53,349 bases of DNA, taken from positions 1 through 53,349 of the forward strand of contig JAPLVS010000060.1 of assembly GCA_026396995.1 (NCBI GenBank), in the 5' to 3' direction. Both the position numbers and the translations under genes were made by a program. How positions within the stretch are numbered: the stretch's first letter is position 1; each line of letters begins with the position of its first letter. The notes under the pieces are model-generated. The model searched no databases and was not told the origin of the DNA. It saw only the letters and a program-made list of their open reading frames with translations. Shown here piece after piece: positions 8,517-17,300 of this stretch. The stretch is from Candidatus Iainarchaeum sp. (GTDB lineage Archaea > Iainarchaeota > Iainarchaeia > Iainarchaeales > DTGL01).

Positions 8517-10358
8517 TCAATAAATATAACAATCCGGCTTTTTTCTTTCCGCGCTTTCCAGGAAATCTTCGAACAACGCATGCCTGTCCGGATATTTTTC
8601 TAGTTTTTTTCCTGCCGCGCCGTTGCAGAAAACCACGATGCTGCTTTGCACCGAAAACATTTCCCGGCACTCAAAGCAGTCTTTAGGGATCCTTTTAAGA
8701 AGGCGCTCCGGCAGGTCGGCCATTCCAGGGGGAAGCGGTTTTGTTACATTGAAAAGCATATTTTCCTTTTCAAGTTCCATGAAGAATGCTGCCATCGCAG
8801 CAAGGTCTTTTTTTGTTGTTTTTTCGCTTATAGTCGGGGAAAAAAGATAGAAGCGGAACCCTGTTTTCTGCATTTTTTTGATTTTTTTCAATTCAGAGAC
8901 AAAGCTGAAATTTTCAGGTTCGAGCGAAACAAAAGCGCTTTCCTTCGGAATGTTGTTCTGCGCTGTTTCCAGTGGAAATTCATGGAGGGAGGTGCAATAG
9001 GTCATGCTGCCAGGCCCTATCCTGATGAACGGCTTCAGGGCGATAACTTCCCTTTCAATTACCTGTTCGGCAAGTGCCCTGAAGTTCCTCTGGTTACGGA
9101 GGCATTTTGCCTTGTCCGGCTTGAGGATGCTGCGGTTTTTGTGGAGGCTTGCAAGCGGGCAGTCGCCCCAGCAAAGCTTGAAATCGCATTTTTTGCATTC
9201 CACGCGCTCCCTGAAACCGCGGAATTCCGAAATCTTTTTTTCGTCGATTTCAATCCTGCTGCTGGCTGCATCATATCTCCCGATGGACAGTTCGGCCAGG
9301 CCAGGATTGTGCTTTAAGTCTTCCTGGCTTGCATACATTTCGCAGGCATTGATTGCGCCGTCTGCGCCCATGCAGAAAAGGCTGCCGAGCGGGCAATGCC
9401 TTGTGCCTTCTTCCCGTAACAGGTTTACCGAACCTGTGAAAAAGGCCACGCCGAACTCGGCACAAAGGTCGGCAAACCTGCCGATTGCAAGCGTTTCTTT
9501 TTCAGGCGATTCCCTCCAGCTGTCGTGTGCGCGCCCGAAATTCATGAGCGGCCCCAATCCTATATGCCTTGAACTGAGGTCGTAAAAATAAGCGAAAATT
9601 TCCTTTTCCCTGCCGAAAACCTTTTCGGTGAGGGTCAGCCTTGTCTTGAAAGGCCTGCCTTTTGCAGCAAACTTCCTTATGGTTGCCTCGACAATCCGGC
9701 TGCTCCCGCCGCCGCCACTCAAAGGCCTTTGTGCGTCCTGGATTTCCGGCGGCCCGTCGCAGGAAACCTGTGGTTCCGGAATATTGGCGGAAATCCAGTC
9801 AATGGTCTTGCCATCAATCATGCCGTTCGTCGAGAACTCCAGAGTGCCCAGCATGTTTTTTTCTTTCATACAGGCAACGGTTTTTTTTAGAAGTTCGAAG
9901 CTTTTCGTCTGCTCTCCTGGCGCCGTTATCACCAACCCGACTTTTTGGTCTGGCTTGTAAAGGAAGTCAAGACAGGTTTTTACCTGCTTCCAGTCCGGCG
10001 AGGTGGTTTTTCTTTTCTCCCCCCCGTGGCAAAAACAGTAGGTGCAGGCAAGCCCGCAGTCAGTGCTCAAAGCCGGCGCAAAGCCAGTGAAGTTTGGCAG
10101 CAGTTCCTTGAAGGGCGGCTTTTTTGCCTTGTTTTTTTCAATAAGGCCTGCGCAGGCATTGAATGCTTCTCCGTCAAGCAGGAGGATTGTATTCGGTTCC
10201 TTTGCAAAAAAACAGCGGAAACCATTTTTTTCGAAAAGGAAAACAGTGAAGCCGAGCCTTCCAATCGCCCTCTTTATTTCCTCTTCAGTGGAAAGCACCG
10301 CGGTGCTCTTTCCGACCACGGTGTATGACAAAAGCCTCATGTAGCCCCCTACTGGCAT
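8517..10358 (-). CDS. Radical SAM/SPASM peptide-maturase-like protein with an extra C-terminal Cys domain
   Basis: CGLACTYC, STNG, VSCDGPPEIQDAQRP, SPASM-type HCP...ACE...CKKCDFKLCWGDCP, then an extension of about 170 aa with CFEC. Confidence 0.85.
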   Translation of the reverse strand: MPVGGYMRLLSYTVVGKSTAVLSTEEEIKRAIGRLGFTVFLFEKNGFRCFFAKEPNTILLLDGEAFNACAGLIEKNKAKKPPFKELLPNFTGFAPALSTDCGLACTYCFCHGGEKRKTTSPDWKQVKTCLDFLYKPDQKVGLVITAPGEQTKSFELLKKTVACMKEKNMLGTLEFSTNGMIDGKTIDWISANIPEPQVSCDGPPEIQDAQRPLSGGGGSSRIVEATIRKFAAKGRPFKTRLTLTEKVFGREKEIFAYFYDLSSRHIGLGPLMNFGRAHDSWRESPEKETLAIGRFADLCAEFGVAFFTGSVNLLREEGTRHCPLGSLFCMGADGAINACEMYASQEDLKHNPGLAELSIGRYDAASSRIEIDEKKISEFRGFRERVECKKCDFKLCWGDCPLASLHKNRSILKPDKAKCLRNQRNFRALAEQVIEREVIALKPFIRIGPGSMTYCTSLHEFPLETAQNNIPKESAFVSLEPENFSFVSELKKIKKMQKTGFRFYLFSPTISEKTTKKDLAAMAAFFMELEKENMLFNVTKPLPPGMADLPERLLKRIPKDCFECREMFSVQSSIVVFCNGAAGKKLEKYPDRHALFEDFLESAERKKPDCYIY

Positions 10359-10387
10359 AAGTGGGAAATTATTTTATATTATGGCTT

Positions 10388-10690
10388 TCAAGGTGATCGT
10401 GGAACAGTGCTTGCAGCTTTCTCGCATTCCGCCCGCCAGGCGGCATCAATCAGATATGAACAGAATACTGGTTCTTTATAGGAAACCGCGAGGTTTTGTA
10501 TTTCAAAATCGGTTTCCGAAGCATTTTTGTCGAAGTTTGCGAGCAAAAAGCTTTCCTTGAAGGCAGGGCAGAGGCCTGCGTTCCCATAAGGCCTCGTCTC
10601 AGTCCTCGGGAACACAATGCCTGCAAAAAGCCCGAGTATTGCTGCAAGCGCGAGGAGTGTCAGGTAATTGCCTGCCTGTTTTTTGTCCAT
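10388..10690 (-). CDS. Small membrane-anchored Cys-containing protein
   Basis: MDKKQAGNYLTLLALAAILGLFAGIVF TM; FCSYLIDAAWRAEC; start coupled to the stop of 10690..11076. Confidence 0.65.
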   Translation of the reverse strand: MDKKQAGNYLTLLALAAILGLFAGIVFPRTETRPYGNAGLCPAFKESFLLANFDKNASETDFEIQNLAVSYKEPVFCSYLIDAAWRAECEKAASTVPRSP

Positions 10691-11076
10691 CAGACACCAC
10701 CGCATGTTTTCTCTGCCAGCGCCGCTTCGGCCAGGCAGAGCGACCTGTAGTGCCCTAAAGGCAGCGTATTGCAAAATTCCTTGTCGCGGGTGAATACGGC
10801 AGTGCAGGTTATTTTCAGCGCTTTGCTTTCTATGATGCCGCAGTACATTACATCGCGTTCCTTTATGGCTCTTTCGTAAACGCACTTTTGGTAAGCGATT
10901 GAACTCCTGTCGAATGTCATGCACCGGCCGGTGTCTATGCTGTCGCTGAACTTAATGCCCTCCACACGGACCGTTTTCACAGGCTTGTTGAGGAAAAAAA
11001 AGCCCAGGGCGGCAAATGCAAAAAAAACAAGCACTGCCGCAAAGGCCAGTTTCATGCCGATTTTTGTCTGGCCCAT
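10690..11076 (-). CDS. Small membrane-anchored protein with Cys-pair repeats
   Basis: TM, then C-x10-C type units (YCGIIESKALKITC, FCNTLPLGHYRSLC); directly downstream of hxsA. Confidence 0.75.
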   Translation of the reverse strand: MGQTKIGMKLAFAAVLVFFAFAALGFFFLNKPVKTVRVEGIKFSDSIDTGRCMTFDRSSIAYQKCVYERAIKERDVMYCGIIESKALKITCTAVFTRDKEFCNTLPLGHYRSLCLAEAALAEKTCGGV

Positions 11077-11085
11077 TTTAAATCC

Positions 11086-11463
11086 TCACGTTGCGAACTC
11101 TGCCGCGCACCCGCACTGGGCGTGCGAGGCATGGTCCGAGTGTGCTGAGTGTGATTCGTGCACTGAGTGTGCTGAGTGTGATTCGTGCACTGAATGCTCC
11201 GAGTGTGAGTCGTGGGAGCCGTGCGAGGCGTGCGATGCGTGGTGGCCGTGCTTTGAAATCATTGTGCCGGAACTCCACCCGACGCTGAAATAGTTCGAGT
11301 GGGCGGCCTGCACTTCAGGCAAAAGGTTCAAAAGCGAAATTGATGCCAGGAAGGCCCCGACTGAAAGCATTTTTTGTTTCGAGATTGAGCCCTTCTCTTC
11401 CACTAAAAAAGAGGAAATTGCCCTTTTTATTTCAGGGATGTATTTGCTTTTCTTTTTTGGCAT
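11086..11463 (-). CDS. hxsA: His-Xaa-Ser repeat precursor peptide (HxsA-like)
   Basis: 125 aa: charged leader, hydrophobic segment, then HGH-HAS-HAS-HGS-HDS-HSE-HSV-HES-HSA-HSV-HES-HSA-HSD-HAS-HAQ-CGC; next to hxsC and hxsD. Confidence 0.9.
   Translation of the reverse strand: MPKKKSKYIPEIKRAISSFLVEEKGSISKQKMLSVGAFLASISLLNLLPEVQAAHSNYFSVGWSSGTMISKHGHHASHASHGSHDSHSEHSVHESHSAHSVHESHSAHSDHASHAQCGCAAEFAT
11138..11191. repeat. Perfect 27-bp tandem duplication in the hxsA core
   Basis: GAGTGTGCTGAGTGTGATTCGTGCACT x2. Confidence 0.95.
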
Positions 11464-11484
11464 ACTAGTATTATCCGCCCCTAA

Positions 11485-11493
11485 TTTATATAA
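11485..11493 (-). promoter_or_regulatory. TATA box for hxsA (TTATATAAA on the minus strand)
   Basis: 22-30 bp upstream of ATG 11463, with no Shine-Dalgarno; consistent with a leaderless transcript. Confidence 0.55.
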
Positions 11494-11505
11494 TTATTGC
11501 TTTGG

Positions 11506-12360
11506 CTATCGCACGGCCTTGAACTCTTCTTCGCCGGCAAGCGGAAGGTAACTTATCCAGATTCTGGAACACAATCCCTTGACAGAGCAGGCTGTGCAGT
11601 TTTTCGAGAACGTGAGCTCTTCCTCCTGTTTTGTGACGCCGGCTGACATTGGCCAGTATTTTCTTCCGATCACGCAGTGGGGAAAATGGAAAAGTCTTAC
11701 CTCGAAACCGTTTTCTGCGAGCACACCCGCCGCCTTTTCCACAAAGGGAGCGGCAGCCGAATACCTTACAAACAGTTTTTTGCGGTAAATGAATGCGTTG
11801 CCTGTGTATTTCATGTTTATAAAAACAATCCTTGCAACTCCTTTCAGGTTTTTTGAAATGAATTCCGCTGTTTTTTCCAGTTCCCTGAAGTTTTCCCTGT
11901 TAACTATGACCCGCAATTCCACTTTCAGCCCGAATTCCACCAGGTTTTTTATGCCTTCGATTGTTTCAGCCCAGCTTCCGGCGGCCCTTGTGATTTTGTC
12001 GTGTTTTTGCCTTTTGTGGCTGTAAATCGGGATGCCGATTCTGAAATTGCCCAGGCCAAGGAATTTTTTTGCATATTCTTTGTCTGCAAATTTCCTGCCA
12101 TTGGAAACAAGGAATATTTCCTTCTGCGGCCACTTGCCCCTTGCAAATGACAGCAGCCCAGCCAGGTCTTCCAAAAGCGTCGGTTCTCCCCCTGTAAAGC
12201 CCATATATTGTGCCTCTTCGGACCGGCTTATTTGTTCTTCCAGTTCTTTCTGGCTTGGGTCGGGCATGAGCCTCATCTGCCTTGTGTCAAAAATGCAGGA
12301 AATGCAGTCGTTGTTGCACTGGAATGTTAACGCGCAGTCCATTTGACTACCAGCCCTCAA
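11506..12360 (-). CDS. hxsC: His-Xaa-Ser system radical SAM maturase HxsC
   Basis: CNNDCISC, FTGGEPTL, SNGRKF, GIPIYSH...HDKITRAAGSW..TIEGI, VELRV, FPHC, CTACSVKGLC; between hxsD and hxsA. Confidence 0.8.
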   Translation of the reverse strand: MRAGSQMDCALTFQCNNDCISCIFDTRQMRLMPDPSQKELEEQISRSEEAQYMGFTGGEPTLLEDLAGLLSFARGKWPQKEIFLVSNGRKFADKEYAKKFLGLGNFRIGIPIYSHKRQKHDKITRAAGSWAETIEGIKNLVEFGLKVELRVIVNRENFRELEKTAEFISKNLKGVARIVFINMKYTGNAFIYRKKLFVRYSAAAPFVEKAAGVLAENGFEVRLFHFPHCVIGRKYWPMSAGVTKQEEELTFSKNCTACSVKGLCSRIWISYLPLAGEEEFKAVR

Positions 12361-12448
12361 GAAAAGCCGTTTCGATCAATATGTGTAAGCCGGCACCTGT
12401 TTTAATTCATTTCCTGCCTCGCCTGCTTCGGCCCCGGGCAACAAGCAG

Positions 12449-12706
12449 TCAAAGGATGCTGCCCGCGCCTTTCCTGCACGCGATTACAAGGTTGCAGAAT
12501 TCCCAGGCAAGCCCTTCCAAATCCGTTTTCCCGCGCGGCTTGAACCTGACAACAAAATACTCCTTATCTTTGCTTTTGTCTGCTTTCAGGCCGCCTTCAA
12601 GCATGCCGATTGCATTGTCGACTGCTTTTTCCTGGTAAATGCCTTCCCTGAACCGTATTTCGACAGAATTAGCTTTCCTGTCTGCCTTGAATTGCATTCC
12701 AATCAC
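12449..12706 (-). CDS. HxsD-like small protein
   Basis: IYQEKAV...YFVVRF...LAWEFCNLVI resembles the HxsD fold; coupled to the upstream hxsD. Confidence 0.6.
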   Translation of the reverse strand: MIGMQFKADRKANSVEIRFREGIYQEKAVDNAIGMLEGGLKADKSKDKEYFVVRFKPRGKTDLEGLAWEFCNLVIACRKGAGSIL

Positions 12707-13188
12707 TTAGGCTTCTTCAGCCCTTTTGCTTTTTCAGGCACCCAAGGCGCTGAAATGCCTTCAGGGTCCTTTATATACAAATTTTCGTCCTCTTCAGGCA
12801 TTTTTATTTTTTTGGCAGCGCCTGCAATCTCTTTTTCCATTGAGCACTCAGGGCAGTACTCGTCCTCGATGTTTGTGGCAAGCGCCCTCTTGATTATTGC
12901 CTCCCTTACGGCCTGGTTCCTTGCGGCTTGGGCGATGTAAACGGAATAATTGACCAATTCGTTCCCGAAATCTTTTGCAAGCGTTTCCAGCGCCTTTTTG
13001 CTTATTTTTTCATCCTTGGCCTGCATTGCCACCATCAAGCCCTTTTCCGGGTCGCCGTCAAGGAAAAAATACGCCTTGTCAAGGAAAACGTAAGCGGCCG
13101 AATAAACCACTTCAAGGGAGTAAACCTTGGGGTTTACAGAAATGATTGCCTTTCCCTCGCGCGGAAATAATTCAATGTTTTTCATCAT
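12703..13188 (-). CDS. hxsD: His-Xaa-Ser system protein HxsD
   Basis: VYSLEVVYSAAYVFLDKAYFFLD...DFGNELVNY...VREAIIKRAL...DPEGISAPW. Confidence 0.8.
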   Translation of the reverse strand: MMKNIELFPREGKAIISVNPKVYSLEVVYSAAYVFLDKAYFFLDGDPEKGLMVAMQAKDEKISKKALETLAKDFGNELVNYSVYIAQAARNQAVREAIIKRALATNIEDEYCPECSMEKEIAGAAKKIKMPEEDENLYIKDPEGISAPWVPEKAKGLKKPK

Positions 13189-13293
13189 TAGAATCAGCTC
13201 TAGTTAAGAATAAAAGGCTATTTTAACCGCGGCAAAAATCGGCTGGCATAACTGCCAAAAGTATTAAAACCATTCAATGAGTTTAATTATTTT

Positions 13294-14220
13294 ATGGAAA
13301 GTGAAAAATGGGGCGGAGTGATTATAGGGCCTTATTGCAGCAACCGCTGCCTTTTTTGCGGCGGACGCGGAAAGATTCCAGATTCGGAATTGAAGCAGCA
13401 GGAAAACAATGTTTTCCGAAATTTGATTGAATTTAAAGGCAGGGGCATTAAAAAAGTGGAGATTTCAGGCGGCGACCCAATCGAATACAGCGAAATAGCC
13501 AACCTTATAAAATACATCAAAAAAATCGGCTTCGAGAAAGTGCACTTGTCCACGCACGGAACAAGGCTTTCCGACGAAGCCTTCCTGGATGAAATAATCC
13601 ATTCGGGGCTTGACATTCTCAGGATTCCGTTATACGGTTCAAAAGCCAAAATCCATGATTCCGTCACCCAATCCAAGGGAAGCTTCCGCAAAACCCTGAA
13701 AGGCATCAAAGGCATCCTTGAAAAATCTGAAATCCATATCAAGATTAGTTCCCTTATCGTGCAGCAAAACAAGAACGATTTGACAGGCATTACCGACTTG
13801 GTTGGCGGCCTCGGCATAAAGGATTTTTATTTTTCAATCCCCTGCCTTGTCGGCAGAAAAGACCTGTCCTATTACATTCCATTAAAGGATTTGGGGCCTT
13901 ATGTGAAAAAAGCATACGATCATTCGTCAAAGGAAGGTTTCGGCGCCAATTTCAAGGAAATCCCTTACTGTATCTTCTCCAAGGCGGACAGAAATAGAAT
14001 AGAAAACACCAGCAAACCGCCTGACCTTGGCAAATATTGCCAGCCGCCGGCAAGATTGAAAACCCAGGTAAAAGACCTTCCTTCCTACCGTGTCAAGGCC
14101 AAAACAGAAATGTGCAAAACATGCAAGTGCTTTGATTTCTGCGACGGCTTCTTTTTGAACGATATCACCAACTTTGGAACTGGGAACATCAAGCCTATCC
14201 TGGAACTTGAATCGCCTTAA
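13294..14220 (+). CDS. Radical SAM protein, divergent HxsC-like paralog 4
   Basis: CSNRCLFC, SGGDP, STHG, IPLYGSKAKIHDSVT, EIPYC, CKTCKCFDFCDG. Confidence 0.88.
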   Translation: MESEKWGGVIIGPYCSNRCLFCGGRGKIPDSELKQQENNVFRNLIEFKGRGIKKVEISGGDPIEYSEIANLIKYIKKIGFEKVHLSTHGTRLSDEAFLDEIIHSGLDILRIPLYGSKAKIHDSVTQSKGSFRKTLKGIKGILEKSEIHIKISSLIVQQNKNDLTGITDLVGGLGIKDFYFSIPCLVGRKDLSYYIPLKDLGPYVKKAYDHSSKEGFGANFKEIPYCIFSKADRNRIENTSKPPDLGKYCQPPARLKTQVKDLPSYRVKAKTEMCKTCKCFDFCDGFFLNDITNFGTGNIKPILELESP

Positions 14221-14360
14221 CCCCCAATTGCCTTTTCACCGAAAACCGAAACGCTTTTTTTGCCTTATCGACCTTAAGCAAACCTTTAAATTCAACAATA
14301 TATTAATAGATACAAGAATCAAAATCAAGTCTCCCGCCAAATCGTTCAAAGGGAGAAAAA

Positions 14361-17300
14361 ATGAGACCACAGGATAAACAGAGAACTGCGCAGATTTTGC
14401 TACTTATCGCTTTAGCCGCGCTTTTTGCCCCTGTCTCTTTTGCACAGGTCTGCACAGGCGGCCTGGGTGTTACCGGTGCGCTGGACTGCACAGGCACGAG
14501 CTCTTCAGCCTGCCATTACTGCGACGTCAACGCAATGCAGTTCCAGATAAGGGCGCCTGACGACACAAACACGACAGCATGGATAGCGGAAACATATTCG
14601 ACTGGAAGCGGCACATGCTCTTCGGGATGCGCGGACGAAACCTGGCTTTCGAGTTACGGTTACACTTTCTGCCATGCCGAAGGCGCATACGATGCGCGCA
14701 CAAAAGCAGGCTCGCAGAACGCTTCCGGTTATTCTTGGGAAACAAGCGACTGGAACACCAACGTATACACAGTAAACTGGGACACTTCAAGCGACTGGTG
14801 CCAGTGCAGGACAGGCTCAAGCGCGAACTGGTTTTCCACAGTAAGCGGCGGCTCGAACGGAAGCTGCTGCGGCGACGACACAACAAGCGACGACTTTTAT
14901 TATTATTCGGCAGACCCGACAACCGCAACCTCGCTTGCCTGCACGCGCTGCTCTGACGGCACAAAGGCAGGCCCGACAACGCTTTACGGGAACGGCTATT
15001 GGGGCGGCACAGACAAAACCACAGACACTTCCGGCACCTGTTATTATGGGGATATAAATTGCACGGCATCCACTGCAGCAAACGGCACTTCCGGCACCTA
15101 TTACGGGAACGGCTACACAACCGCAAGCCAGACCTCGGATTTGAACGGCTTATGCTATTACGGCGACATCACCTGCGCGAACGGCTCTGCCGCAAACGGT
15201 TCCTCACTGACACTTTACGGGAACGGCTCTGTTTTCGGGACAACCTGCATTTACGGCGACTGGACCTGCGCGAACGGCAGCGATTCCAACGGCTCTTCAT
15301 GCACGCTTGCCTGCAGCGGCCTCAGCACAACCTGCTGCGCAACACAAGCCTATTACAGGGACACAATCGCATGCGCAGAATCAGGCTGCGGCTACACAGA
15401 CCATGACAGGGATGACGGAGAAGCATACTGCACGGCAAGCTCTTCCAAATCAGTTTCCGACTCTTTCACCGATGAAACCAAGGTTGCCTCAAAAACTGAT
15501 TTGAACGTCGACACATCCGCAGGGCAGGTAAAGCTGAACGCTTCAAGCCAGGCCTGGTGGAATTCTTCTTGGGGTTATAGGAAGCCTGTTACTATTAATA
15601 ATACGGGCAATTCCAACACGCTTACCAACTATCAGGTTTTTGTAAATGTTTCCTTTGTTTCGGGCAAAATGAAGTCGGATTTCAATGATTTGCGCTTTTA
15701 CGACCACGATTCGAACACAGCGCTTTCCTATTGGATTGAGAATTATGTCGCGAGTTCTGATGCAAATGTCTGGGTGAAAGTCCCAAGCATTCCGGCCTCA
15801 AGCAATAAAACGATTTACATGTATTACGAGAACGGTTCAGCGACTTCAGACAGCAACGCGGAAGCGGTCATGCTTGTCTACGATGACTTCGCTTCCGGAA
15901 CAGAAGCCTGGACTGGCCCGGTTTGCACAGGCTATTCTTTGTCTAACTCTTCAGGGACAGCTTATCTCTTGGAGGGGGCATCTGGGGATTACCTATGTGA
16001 CCCAGTGTCAAGAAATGGGCAAGAAGGAAGCATGGAGAAAACTGTCACTAAACCAACTGGTGTCGGGTTGGACGTGCAATTTGACTGGAGGGCGACATCT
16101 GATACAGATGGTTCTACAGTGACAAATGCCAAAATCAGCTTTTTAAATAGTTCTGACACAACCTTGTCTTCCACTACTTTAGTGGCAGGCGGAACAGCAG
16201 ATACCGGGTGGAACTATGACTACAATAAGGCAGTCATAAGCGCCATTTCATCTGAAACATCAATAACGATAGTTCTTGGTTTTTGGGATTCTTGGACATT
16301 AAATCACGTGCAGAAAAACTATTACGACAATATCCAGGTTAGGCAATTCACCACCCCGACGCCTTCCGCCTCGCTCGGCACAGAAGAGGTTAAACTTTCT
16401 TACGCCACTTCCGGCACCCTCACCTCGACCAATCTCCTTTCAGGTTATACTTTTTCAAGCATTGACCAGTTCGGCGCAAACGCCTCTTCGATTCCGGCAG
16501 GGACAACCCTGAAAGTTCAGTTCTCGCAAAACAATTCCACCTGGTACAATTCTTCCGGTTCTGCTGAGGCATGGAACACGCTCTCGCAGGGATACAATTC
16601 AATCAGCCTGTCCTCGCTCGGCTGGTCCGGTTCGAATTTTTACTATAAGGCGCAATTCGATTCCAACGGCTCAAGCACGCCATTGCTTGACGACATTAAC
16701 GTTTACCAAGCAGGCACTCTCGGTGAAGCCACAGGTTGCACCGCTTACACCTGGGACTCCACTGGTTCAAAATGCTGCGGCGACGACAATGTTGCGGATT
16801 CATTCTGCACTTCTGGCGGCGGTTCCTGCATTTCAGGGAGCTGGACTGCAAACCACTGCCTTGACGGCGTGAAAAACTGCGACGAGATAGGCATAGATAA
16901 CGGAGGCGCTGACTGCAACGCGGAGGCCTCTGACACGACAGCGCCGGTAACCACAAGCGACGCAAATGAGCAATGGCAGACCGCAAACCAAACCATAACA
17001 TTGGCCTGCAGCGACGGCTCCGCGGTTGGCGCTTCCGGATGCCAGGCAACATATTATTGCATCGACGATTACAACACCTGCGAGCCTTCGGTTGCAGGCA
17101 CAACAGCGCAGGTGAATTGCAATTCTGACGATGTGAACAGGCAGTTTGTGAGGTTTTATTCTTTGGATTACAATTCGAATGTCGAGGACGTGAAAAGCGC
17201 CTACATCAAAATCGACAAGCAGAAACCGAGCACCGACAACAACATCAGCACCGCATGGGTTGACTCGAACGTGCACGTGAAGCTTTCCTGCACCGATTAT

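Noticed and set aside
11138-11191. Short direct repeats as a possible CRISPR array
   Set aside because: The copies are adjacent with no spacers, lie in frame in a CDS, and there are no cas genes in the window.
10919-11293. Plus-strand ORF with Cys every third residue (CAECDSCTECAECDSC), resembling a metallothionein or ranthipeptide precursor
   Set aside because: It is the antisense shadow of the His triplets of hxsA. The minus-strand reading has a leader, a TATA box and the hxsB/C/D context.
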